NCBI GenBank assembly: GCA_031282405.1
Contig: JAITDU010000016.1
Span: 2,587 to 66,586, forward strand
Direction: 5' to 3'
Length of the DNA stretch: 64,000 nt
DNA from: Coriobacteriales bacterium
GTDB lineage: Bacteria; Actinomycetota; Coriobacteriia; Coriobacteriales; UBA8131
Below, in pieces: positions 48,573-57,900 of the stretch (position 1 is the stretch's first letter; every line of letters starts with the position of its first letter). The notes below the pieces were generated by a model. The model had not been told where the DNA came from and made no database searches. It saw only the letters and a list, made by a program, of their open reading frames with translations. The position numbers and the translations under genes are program-made.

Positions 48573-50120
48573 GTGTCGCAGGCGACTATAACTATCTATT
48601 GTTCGGGCGATGAGACACCCTTGACCGTACCTGTTACCGCTGGACAGTCGCTTCTCGATGTCTTGCAGGCTCAGCACCTTTCGCTGTTGGCACCATGTGG
48701 TGGGGCCGGTACCTGCAAGAAATGCCAGGTCCTCGTGCGCGATGCCTACGGTTCTGCTTACCGGTTAGCCTGTCAGACGCCGGCCACACCGGGTATGACT
48801 ATTGATCTGGCTGCCTCAGGCACCCAGGATTTAAGTATCCAGAGTGTCGGCAACACGCTTGTGGCACAACGATTTGCGCCTGATGCGGGTGCGGCCGGTC
48901 TGGGTGTGGCCATTGATCTGGGCACTACCACTGTGGTCTGCCGCCTCTATGATCTGGCTGACGGCGAGCTTGTGGCTTCCAGCGCGCGAATAAATCCCCA
49001 GATCACCTTTGGTGCCGATGTTATCAGTCGCATTGAAGCCGTCACCAACGGCAAGCTCGATGAATTGAATGAGCTTATCACGAGTACTCTCAGCGAGTTG
49101 ATAATCCATCTTTGTGAACAGGCTACCACCACTGAACTCACTCATATCTATCTGGCTGGCAACACGGTGATGCAGCACCTGGCTGCCGGCATCTCTCCCG
49201 AATCCATCGGTGTGGCACCGTACACCCCTCACATGTTGTTCGGTACAATGTTCGATATTTGTGGCCTGCCTGCCCCGGTGTTCCTGGCACCGTGCGTCTC
49301 GGGTTATGTGGGTGGCGATATTACGGCGGGACTCTTAGCCTGCGACATGATACCCGAGCACCTGTCACAGCCAAAACTGTTGTGCGATCTGGGCACCAAC
49401 GGCGAGATCGCCCTGGGCGGCCCTGAGGGTATCGTCTGTTGTGCCACTGCTGCCGGTCCGGTGTTTGAGGGGGGCACTATCCGCTTTGGTATGCCTGCGC
49501 TACCGGGTGCCATCAGCGCGGTGAGTTTTGCTGACGAAACGGGTTTTATTCTTGAAGTTCTTGGCGACCAGGAGCCTGTGGGTATCTGTGGCAGTGGGCT
49601 CATCAGCACCGTGGCTTTCCTGTTGGATCAGGGTATTGTCGACAAAACCGGGCTGTTACGAACCACCGATCCGCCTCGGGCCCTTGCTCCTCTTGTCGGG
49701 CACGAGGACGGCGTGGCTGTCTTTTACCTCACTGCAGACCGCTCGCTGTATATCAGTCAACTTGATATTCGCAACGTGCAACTGGCAAAAGGCGCTCTGG
49801 CTACAGGCATCGCAACGTTACTGGCAGACGCGAATCTTACCGTCAGCGACCCTGTGACTGTCTACCTTGCCGGCGGTTTTGGCCAGGCACTTGATATTGA
49901 GAGTGCGGTGCGTATTGGGCTGATACCCCAGGCGTTCAGTCACTCAGTACAGCCCGTAGGTAACTCCGCCATCGAAGGCATCAGTGCCGCTTTGCTTTCT
50001 GGTCAGGCCCGCGATACGCTTGAACAGATCGCCCGACACTGTCGTTACAAAGAACTGGCCGTTACAGAGGACTTTGACAATCGTTTTTTGGATTCCCTGA
50101 GCCTGGAACCCTGGGGCTAA
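48573..50120 (+). CDS. Corrinoid reductive activase (2Fe-2S ferredoxin + ASKHA/DUF4445 ATPase, RACo/RamA-like)
   Basis: N-terminal plant-type ferredoxin CGGAGTCKKCQV...C, then an ASKHA fold (DLGTTT..., DLGTNGE...). GTG start. Confidence 0.85.
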   Translation: MSQATITIYCSGDETPLTVPVTAGQSLLDVLQAQHLSLLAPCGGAGTCKKCQVLVRDAYGSAYRLACQTPATPGMTIDLAASGTQDLSIQSVGNTLVAQRFAPDAGAAGLGVAIDLGTTTVVCRLYDLADGELVASSARINPQITFGADVISRIEAVTNGKLDELNELITSTLSELIIHLCEQATTTELTHIYLAGNTVMQHLAAGISPESIGVAPYTPHMLFGTMFDICGLPAPVFLAPCVSGYVGGDITAGLLACDMIPEHLSQPKLLCDLGTNGEIALGGPEGIVCCATAAGPVFEGGTIRFGMPALPGAISAVSFADETGFILEVLGDQEPVGICGSGLISTVAFLLDQGIVDKTGLLRTTDPPRALAPLVGHEDGVAVFYLTADRSLYISQLDIRNVQLAKGALATGIATLLADANLTVSDPVTVYLAGGFGQALDIESAVRIGLIPQAFSHSVQPVGNSAIEGISAALLSGQARDTLEQIARHCRYKELAVTEDFDNRFLDSLSLEPWG

Positions 50121-50368
50121 ATCCTCCGCTGAGTCTCTCCGGACCTCGGTAGATACTGGAGTCAGAGTCGGCAGTGCCTTAGTGTTGAAAAGAGAAGCTG
50201 ACCAAATAACAACAGGATCGGCGGTCTTCCAACGCTTGTGAGAGCAAGTCCGGTACGCCACCCCTTAGCTGTGTCGTTGTTGACAGCCATCGTCTTGCCG
50301 CTTACCATAAATGCGAAACGATGAAATGACCCCAAGGAACACGACCACTTTGACCATTGGAGGATATC

Positions 50369-51142
50369 ATGACTAAGGATCTGTTTGATTTAAGCGGTAA
50401 GGTTGCGTTGGTGACGGGTGGCTCCTCTGGTTTGGGAGTGCAGTTTGCCAAGGCACTGGCCAGCAAAGGAGCCGACATTGCCCTCATTGCCCGCCGTGTG
50501 GAAAAGCTGGAGGCTACCAAAAAGCAGGTAATTGATGAATACGGCGTGGACGTGCTGGCACTGCCCTGCGATGTGTTGGATGTCGCCCAGATCAAAAAGA
50601 CCGTAGGTGCCATCAAAGAACACTTTGGACACATCGACATCCTTGTCAACAATGCCGGAACTGCTCGCAATGCCCCGGCTGACGAGCAGTCTGATGAAGA
50701 TTGGAAAGCCGTTATCGACACTAACCTCAATGCGGTGTACTATGTGGCGCGCGAAGTGGGCAAACTCATGAAGGAGCAACAGTACGGCAAGATCATCAAC
50801 CTGGGCTCCATTCATTCTGCCGTTGCCATGCGCAGCTTGGGTATCTCTGGCTATTGCGCGTCCAAAGGCGGCGTCTTGATGCTCACGAAGGAACTGGCCA
50901 ACGAGTGGGCTAAAGACGGCATCACAGTCAACGCTATAGGGCCGGCCTATTTTGCCTCAGAGATGACAAGCTCTGTGATAAATGATGAGGGCTTCTTAAA
51001 GTTGGTAGAACTGAGTTGCCCGATGGGTCGTCCCGGTCGAGCCGGCGAGTTGGACGGCGCGCTGATCTACTTTGCCTCTGATGCTTCTTCTTATACCACC
51101 GGGCAGATACTGTGGATAGACGGCGGCTGGACGGCTATCTAA
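50369..51142 (+). CDS. Short-chain dehydrogenase/reductase (SDR)
   Basis: TGGSSGLG, NNAG, YCASKGG catalytic motif. ATG 50369 follows GGAGGA. Substrate unknown. Confidence 0.9.
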   Translation: MTKDLFDLSGKVALVTGGSSGLGVQFAKALASKGADIALIARRVEKLEATKKQVIDEYGVDVLALPCDVLDVAQIKKTVGAIKEHFGHIDILVNNAGTARNAPADEQSDEDWKAVIDTNLNAVYYVAREVGKLMKEQQYGKIINLGSIHSAVAMRSLGISGYCASKGGVLMLTKELANEWAKDGITVNAIGPAYFASEMTSSVINDEGFLKLVELSCPMGRPGRAGELDGALIYFASDASSYTTGQILWIDGGWTAI

Positions 51143-51218
51143 GTCCTCTGCTTTTGCGAGGAGCTTAAGCGACGTGGCAATGACGGGATGCTGCATTGGC
51201 CATTCAGCGGCTCGCAAT

Positions 51219-51468
51219 GACGATGCGGCCGTCTGCTCTGACTGACGTAAGCCCGTAAGGCGATTTTGCGGAGCGGCAGGGCTTTGACAATACTGCGTAA
51301 GCGAGGACTGTCTGAGACAAGCACTTACTTTGGTACAAAAAGTAAGTGCTGGTCGAGTTCCGCAGCTGCAGTACTGTCAGAGCCCTGCGAATGCGAAGCC
51401 ATGAGCCTTATGGGCGTAAGGCAGCCAGCTACGGGCTTAAGGCAGTCGGAGTAGACGGCCGCCTCGTC
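51219..51468 (+). repeat. Nested imperfect palindromic element, copy 2
   Basis: Core 51238-51428 aligns with the reverse complement of copy 1. Central stem at 51320-51350. Extra outer 26-nt IR at 51219-51244 / 51443-51468 (23/26 complementary). Confidence 0.85.
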
Positions 51469-51604
51469 TCCCTGGGGCACATATCAGCTTGTCTGTTTCA
51501 GCCGTGCAGCGACTTTTGTATCAGCTGCGGCTGGTAGACCTGCTATAATGAGGACCTGATAGAGAGCAATTTGTTGTACTACTGATTATGAAATTGAGGA
51601 CGCT

Positions 51605-51820
51605 GTGTGTGGATATGCCTGTATAGGTTGCGGGGCCTGTGGTAAGCCCAAGTCTAAGATGTTTGATGTTGCTGCCATCTGCCCCCAATGCAAGAGTGCC
51701 ATTCCGCGCGGGTCGTTTATCTGCGAGTCCTGTGGCTACTCGACACAGCCCGGTACTACTATGGGCTACGACAGTGTGCAAGAGCAGCACTTTAGGCTTT
51801 CTTCGGCACTCCCTCGCTGA
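51605..51820 (+). CDS. Small Cys-rich (zinc-ribbon-like) hypothetical protein
   Basis: 71 aa from GTG after GAGGA. CGYACIGCGAC then CPQC...CESC. An internal ATG (MFDVAAICPQC) is an alternative start. Confidence 0.4.
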   Translation: MCGYACIGCGACGKPKSKMFDVAAICPQCKSAIPRGSFICESCGYSTQPGTTMGYDSVQEQHFRLSSALPR

Positions 51821-51911
51821 TACGGCGAGTTGTGAGTGGCTGCGAGTACGTTCCTGGCACAGGCACAGGTCCGGCGATAGAAAAACATAAAACGACTATA
51901 GTGGGGGGTGG

Positions 51912-52319
51912 TTGAGTATGAGAGTAATCGGCATCTGGTTAATAACCGCAGTGGCTATTGCGGTAGCAGTGTCATTAGTGCCGGGCGTAGAATTCGTTGG
52001 CGCTAATGTCTGGGTTTCTCTGGCGGTGTTCGCGGCGCTCTTAGCGCTGCTTAACGCTTTCATTAAGCCCGTATTACAGATAATATCGTTGCCTATCACG
52101 GTACTTACGCTTGGCATCTTTGCCTTGATCGTCAACACTGCCGTGCTCTACCTGGCCGCTTGGATAAGCAACGGATTGTTTGGCACCGCCTTTATAATCA
52201 GCAATTTTGGCAGCGCGCTTCTCGCCTCTATCATTATCAGCATTGTGACGATTATCCTAAACGCCCTCACCGGTATCAAAGACCCGCTCAGGAACATCAA
52301 CGGAACTTTGAGCGGGTAA
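51912..52319 (+). CDS. DUF360 / phage-holin-4-2 superfamily membrane protein
   Basis: Four predicted TM helices. LVPGVEF...FIKPVLQIISLPITVLTLGIFALIVN matches the family signature. The true start is possibly ATG 51918. Confidence 0.75.
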   Translation: MSMRVIGIWLITAVAIAVAVSLVPGVEFVGANVWVSLAVFAALLALLNAFIKPVLQIISLPITVLTLGIFALIVNTAVLYLAAWISNGLFGTAFIISNFGSALLASIIISIVTIILNALTGIKDPLRNINGTLSG

Positions 52320-52341
52320 CTAAAGCCGCGCGGGTAAGGGT

Positions 52342-53238
52342 ATGGCAGATAACACAGTCTTCTTTTTCAGCGGCACCGGCAACAGTCTGCGCTCGGCGCT
52401 CGGCATTGCCCAGAAACTGAAGAATTGCGATGTTGTGAGTATGGGCCCATCCAATGACTACCGGCCAACACAGTCACTCAAAAGTGTCGGATTCGTCTTT
52501 CCGTGCTATTTCAGTGGAGTGCCACAACGGGTGTTGGGTTTTATTGCTACGCTGGATACCGCTTTATATCAAAGCGCTTATTGCTACGGTATTGTCACCT
52601 ATGGTGGTGCCGGTGCCGCTGCTACTTTGGGACAGCTCAGCACGGCCTTGGCACAAAAGCAATTGAAATTACACTACGGCGCCAAACTCAAATCGTTTGC
52701 TAATTACGTGGTGGGGTATGATATGAGCGATAAAGTTGCAGAGAAAACCGCAGCCAGCAAAGCAACGCTCGTAACCCTGATTGACGACATCACCAGTCGT
52801 CACCAGTGTGTCACTCCCGGTACCCACTCTCTGTTCTTGGGCTATAACCGGTTTATGAGTCGGGATATTGCAAACAAAGACCGAAACTTCGCTGTTAACG
52901 ACGCCTGTGTGTCCTGTGGGCGTTGCGCGCAGGTCTGTCCGGTGAACAACATTGTATCTAAGGGTGACAACGGCCACGTTGACGACGGCCATACTGACCG
53001 TGGCTGTGTTGACAACGGTCACGTTGGCAAAGGTCATCCTAACAGTGGCTCTCCCGTACGTCCTCGCTGGCAGCATCACTGCGAACAGTGTCTTGCCTGT
53101 CTGCACTGGTGTCCGCAGCGTGCCATCAACTATGGCACCAAAACCGCAGAGCGCGGTCGCTATACTAACCCCGAGATAACTGCCCAGAGCTTCATCCAGC
53201 ATACACACAATCAGCTGCCGGAAGCTCCGAGCGCCTAG
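52342..53238 (+). CDS. EFR1-family ferredoxin (flavodoxin-like N-domain + two 4Fe-4S motifs)
   Basis: FFFSGTGNS N-terminus. CVSCGRCAQVCP and CEQCLACLHWCP are separated by a His/Asp/Gly-rich repeat insert (DNGHVDDGHTDRGCVDNGHVGKGH). Confidence 0.8.
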   Translation: MADNTVFFFSGTGNSLRSALGIAQKLKNCDVVSMGPSNDYRPTQSLKSVGFVFPCYFSGVPQRVLGFIATLDTALYQSAYCYGIVTYGGAGAAATLGQLSTALAQKQLKLHYGAKLKSFANYVVGYDMSDKVAEKTAASKATLVTLIDDITSRHQCVTPGTHSLFLGYNRFMSRDIANKDRNFAVNDACVSCGRCAQVCPVNNIVSKGDNGHVDDGHTDRGCVDNGHVGKGHPNSGSPVRPRWQHHCEQCLACLHWCPQRAINYGTKTAERGRYTNPEITAQSFIQHTHNQLPEAPSA

Positions 53239-53350
53239 ATGCTAATATATTAGCTTATTGCTGAGGAACACCAGACCCCTGAGGCACGTCTTTGGCTCCT
53301 GGACGCCTCTGATACGTGTGGCATGTCTCCGGTTCCCAAGATCTATCATT

Positions 53351-54829
53351 TCATTTCAGGTATGCGCGCCCGTTTAGGTATTCATGGCACTGGCGGGCAG
53401 CATCGCGACCTTCCATGAGCGCCCAGACTACGAGGCTTTGGCCTCGGTGCATATCGCCTGCCGAAAATACAGCCGGAAAACCCGTGTAATAACTGCCGCT
53501 GGTGGTTTTGACATTGCCCCGCGGGTCGGTATCCAGCCCCAGTGTCTCAATCAGGGTTTTCTCCGGTCCCAAAAAGCCCATGGCGATAAGTACAAGCTGT
53601 GCCGGACGGGTCGTTTCGGAATCAGCGACGGTCTCGGGCACCAGCCGCCCCTCTTTACTCACCCATTCCACCTTTACGGTTTTGACGGCGCTAACCATGC
53701 CGTTGGTTCCCAGGATCTCGGTGACGGTCGTAAGGTATTCACGCGGATCAGATCCAAATAATTCGATGGCTTCTTTTTGGCCATAATCGGTTTTGAGGAC
53801 CCGGGGCCACAAAGGCCAGGGGTTGTTCTGTGGCCGTTGTACGGGTGCCTCAGGCATGATCTCTATCTGAGTGACGCTACGAGCACCTTGACGAATCGAA
53901 GTAGCCACACAGTCGGTGCCGGTATCGCCACCGCCGATGACGATCACGTCCTTGTCGGCGGCATCCAAACTGGCCTCATAAGGTGCATCGGCATCCAGCA
54001 GACGCTTGGTGGCCTGGGTGAGAAAACGCACGGCCAACGCGACGCCCTCCAGTTCGGCCCCAGGCACACTGAGCAGACGCGGCGCGGTTGCGCCTGCGGC
54101 CAGGACTACCGCATCAAAATCGCGCAACAGGTCGTCTGTCGACAGGTCTTTTCCTACTTCTACTCCGGTCTTGAATACGATGCCTTCAGTCTCCATCGTA
54201 GCGATACGTCGGGCAATGACGTCCTTGTCCAGCTTCATATTGGGGATACCATACATGAGTAAGCCCCCCGGCCGGTCATTGCGCTCAAACACGACAACGT
54301 CCTCGCCCCGCTGGTTGAGGCCATCAGCTGCAGCCAGTCCGGCGGGACCCGAGCCGACCACTGCCACTCGCTTGCCGGTGCGCAGCCGGGGTTGGCGCGG
54401 ACCAGCTAATCCATGCTCTTCTCCCCAGCTTACCAAAAAACGCTCAATCTCTTTGACGGCCACGGCATCGCCGTGCTCGCCCACAGTACAGGAACCTTCG
54501 CACAGTGCCGGGCAGACCTTGCAGGTAAACTCCGGAAAGGGGTGGGTTTTGCGCAGACGTTCGTAGGCTTGCGCAAAACTGCCGTGATACACGAGGTCAT
54601 TGGTCTCGGGGATAAGGTTCGAGAGTGGGCAGCCGATGGATTGGCCCTCAACAAGCATGCCGGCATGGCAAAAGCTCACGCCGCAGTCCATACAGCGGGC
54701 ACCTTGAATTTGCAGGGCATCGACATCCTGCTTGGTCAGCAGTTCTTGATAGTCTTGGATGCGCTCGGCAACGGGCCGATAAGTGGCTTCAATGCGCTGA
54801 TATTCGAGGAATCCGGTTGGCTTACCCAT
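53351..54829 (-). CDS. gltD: Glutamate synthase (NADPH) small subunit
   Basis: MGKPTGFLEY..., CMDCGVSFC, VAVVGSGPAGLAAA, GGGDTGTDC. Confidence 0.94.
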   Translation of the reverse strand: MGKPTGFLEYQRIEATYRPVAERIQDYQELLTKQDVDALQIQGARCMDCGVSFCHAGMLVEGQSIGCPLSNLIPETNDLVYHGSFAQAYERLRKTHPFPEFTCKVCPALCEGSCTVGEHGDAVAVKEIERFLVSWGEEHGLAGPRQPRLRTGKRVAVVGSGPAGLAAADGLNQRGEDVVVFERNDRPGGLLMYGIPNMKLDKDVIARRIATMETEGIVFKTGVEVGKDLSTDDLLRDFDAVVLAAGATAPRLLSVPGAELEGVALAVRFLTQATKRLLDADAPYEASLDAADKDVIVIGGGDTGTDCVATSIRQGARSVTQIEIMPEAPVQRPQNNPWPLWPRVLKTDYGQKEAIELFGSDPREYLTTVTEILGTNGMVSAVKTVKVEWVSKEGRLVPETVADSETTRPAQLVLIAMGFLGPEKTLIETLGLDTDPRGNVKTTSGSYYTGFPAVFSAGDMHRGQSLVVWALMEGRDAARQCHEYLNGRAYLK

Positions 54830-54914
54830 GATATAGTGGTCTCTCCGTTTCTGTTCTGCTTGTTGCTGTGTAGCTTTGTGTGGCTGCCGCGGCTGGCTCT
54901 ATGGTTCTACAATC

Positions 54915-57900
54915 CTATAGGTTTGCGGCCTTGCCCAGCACGACCGTATTAAAAGCGTACAATGCGGCATCGTTGGCGGCGATATGTTTGCGTTCGGCCT
55001 CTTTAAGAGCATCAAGGATCTTTTGGTAATCTGTGGGGATAACTACGACGAACTGCTGTATGGCCGCGTCAAAATCATCGAGGATGGTCTTAGCCTTCGT
55101 GCTGCCGGTATAACGATAGTGGTTTTCCAGGAGTTCTCGGACGGTCTTTTTGGCATCAGCGTCTGCGGCATGCAAAATCACGCTGCTTGTGTTGCAGTTC
55201 CGTTCGAAATCGCCCCGAGGGTCAAAAACGTAGGCAATTCCTCCGCTCATGCCAGCGGCAAAGTTGCGACCGGTACTCCCTAAAATAACGGCTCTGCCGC
55301 CGGTCATGTATTCACAACCGTGATCGCCCACACCCTCAACGACGGCGCGCACGCCGCTGTTACGCACGCAGAAGCGCTCGCCGGCCACGCCGCAGAGATA
55401 TGCTTCGCCTTGGGTGGCGCCATAAAAAGCCACGTTGCCTACGATGATATTCTCCGACGGTTCATAGTTGACACCGCTCGGTGGCGTTACGATGATTCTG
55501 CCACCCGAGAGCCCCTTGCCCAGGTAGTCGTTTGTATCACCATGCAATTCCAGTGTAACACCCGGTGCCAGAAACGCGCCAAAACTCTGCCCGCCCGAAC
55601 CACTCATCTTTAAGTGGATGCTGTCTGCTGGCAACCCAGCCGATCCGCGACGGCGAATGATCTCGCTGGATAACACTGTGCCGATGGTGCGATTACGGTT
55701 GGATACCTGGACGTTAAAGTTCAGCGGTGTACCATGCTCGATCGCCGGTCTGCATAGCGGCAGCAGAGTCCGCATGTCAAATTCTTTGGCTAATTGATGG
55801 TCTTGTTCTTGGGAGAAGTAACGGTCACTGGCCTTGTCAGCTACCTTGTCTTGATGCAAAAGTCGGCTCAAATCCACAGTAGCTGCCTTGGTATCGCGCT
55901 TGGCTTGGGCCTGACGCAAGAACTCCACATGGCCTATCAGGTCGGTCAGTTTTCTTACGCCGATACGAGCCATCCACTCACGAACCTCCTGAGCGATGAA
56001 ACGCATCAGGTTCTCTATATATTCCGGCTTACCTACAAATTGATGACGTAGTTCGGGGTTTTGCGTGGCTATACCCACGGCACAGGTGTCAAGATTGCAG
56101 ACTCTAAGCATGTCGCAGCCCATGGCAATGAGCGGCGCGGTGGCAAAGGCAAACTCCTCGGCACCAAGCAGGGCGGCTATGACGATGTCGCGGCCGGTAA
56201 ACAGTTTGCCGTCAGTCTCCAGGCGTACGCGGTTGCGCAGATTGTTCACGAGCAGGCTCTGGTGCGTCTCGGCTATGCCTAACTCCCAGGGCAGACCTGC
56301 GTGGCGGATGCTTGTGCGCGGTGCGGCCCCGGTACCACCGTCAAAGCCACTTATCACGATGACATCGGCCAGGCCCTTGGCAACGCCCACGGCAATGGTG
56401 CCCACGCCGGCTTCAGAAACCAGCTTGACGCTGATGCGCGCATCGCGATTAGCGTTTTTTAGGTCATGGATCAGCTGTTTCAAGTCCTCGATGGAGTAGA
56501 TGTCATGGTGCGGTGGTGGCGAGATGAGCTCCACGCCAGGCGTGGAAAAACGAGCGCCGGCCACCCACGGATATACTTTTTTTCCCGGCAAGTGTCCGCC
56601 CTCGCCGGGCTTGGCACCCTGGGCCATCTTGATCTGGATTTCTACGGCGTTGTTCAAATACTCAATGGTTACGCCAAAGCGCCCGGAGGCCACTTGTTTG
56701 ATGGCGCTACAGCGGCTGGTACCGTCGGCATCGGCCACGAAACGCACAGGATCCTCGCCGCCTTCTCCCGTATTACTTTTGGCGTGTAACCGGTTCATGG
56801 CAATTGCCATGCACTCGTGAGCCTCGCGGCTAATGGAGCCATAACTCATTGCCCCGGTTTTGAAGCGCTTGACTATCTCTTCGACCGGTTCGACCGTCTC
56901 GATGGGGATGGGCTTTACCGCTGTGATTATCTCCAAAAGCCCGCGGATATTTTTGTGTTCTGTGCTGTGGTCATTGATGCTGGCCGAGAATTTCTTAAAC
57001 AGCGTATAGTCGCCGTTTCTGCAGGCTTGCTGCAGGTAGTAGATCGTCTCGGGATTGAGCAGATGGTATTCTCCGTCGCTGCGCCATTTGTAGTCGCCGC
57101 CGGTATCCAGTGGTGTTTCGTTGCCGGTTGGGTCAAAGGCCTCGCGCAACCGCTGAAGTGTTTCTTGTTGGATCTCTTTGAGCGTAACACCGCCTATACG
57201 ACTGGCAGTGCCGGTAAAGTAGCGATTGATAACCTCGCTGGATATGCCCAAAGCCTCAAATATCTGAGCACCATGGTAGCTGCGTACGGTGGATATGCCC
57301 ATCTTGGAGGCGATCTTGACTATAGCTCCGGTCAGGCCTCGGCGGTAATTCTCAACCGCATCTGCCGCGGTCAGATCGACGAGCCCTGTGGCGCACATCT
57401 GCTCGATTATTTCATAGGCCAGATAAGGATACACGCCATTGGCGCCATAACCTACGAGCAGGGCCGCGTGATGCGCCTCGCGCGCATCGCCGCACTCGAC
57501 GACGATGCTTACCTGAGTGCGAGTGCCTTTGCGCACCAGGTGGTGGTGCAGTCCGGAGGAGGCCAGAAGCGAGGGGATGGGTGCCCTCTGCTCGCTGGCT
57601 CCTTTATCAGAAAGGATGACGATATTGTAGCCGTGCTCGATAGCCCTGTCACAGGCAAAGAACAAATCGTCCAGTGCCCGGCTCATACCTTCAGGATCCT
57701 GGGTGTCAAAGAGTATCGGCAGCGTGACAGCTGCCAGACCCTCGGCTTGGATCAGACGCAGGCGCGCTATCTCGTCGGTGGTCAGCACAGGAGTGTCGTG
57801 GCGCACGACGCGGCAATTGCCCTCGTCAGGCTCAAGCAGATTGCCTTCGCTGCCAAAGTGCACATAAGATGAGGTGATAAGATGCTCACGGATAGCGTCA

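Noticed and set aside
51346-51537. Similar short peptides can be translated from the palindromic elements: LVEFRSCSTVRALRMRSHEPYG in copy 2, LAEFRSCSAEVALRVRSHEPDP in copy 3 (ORF 62477..62704), and LAKFRSCRTVRALRVRSPEPYG on the minus strand of copy 1.
   Set aside because: The putative GTG start is GCG in copy 1. The ORFs run on into unrelated flanking sequence. Substitutions are not biased toward synonymous changes. The opposite non-coding arm is equally conserved. The conservation is better explained at the nucleotide or structure level.
53241-53254. The AT-rich perfect palindrome gctaatatattagc lies between the EFR1 gene and gltD. The identical 14-mer, with similar flanks, occurs inside the LigB-AMMECR1 CDS at 63350-63363.
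   Set aside because: A shared 14-15-mer is near the chance expectation for all-against-all comparison in 64 kb. The second copy is in-frame coding sequence. The first may act as a weak bidirectional terminator, but I cannot support more than that.
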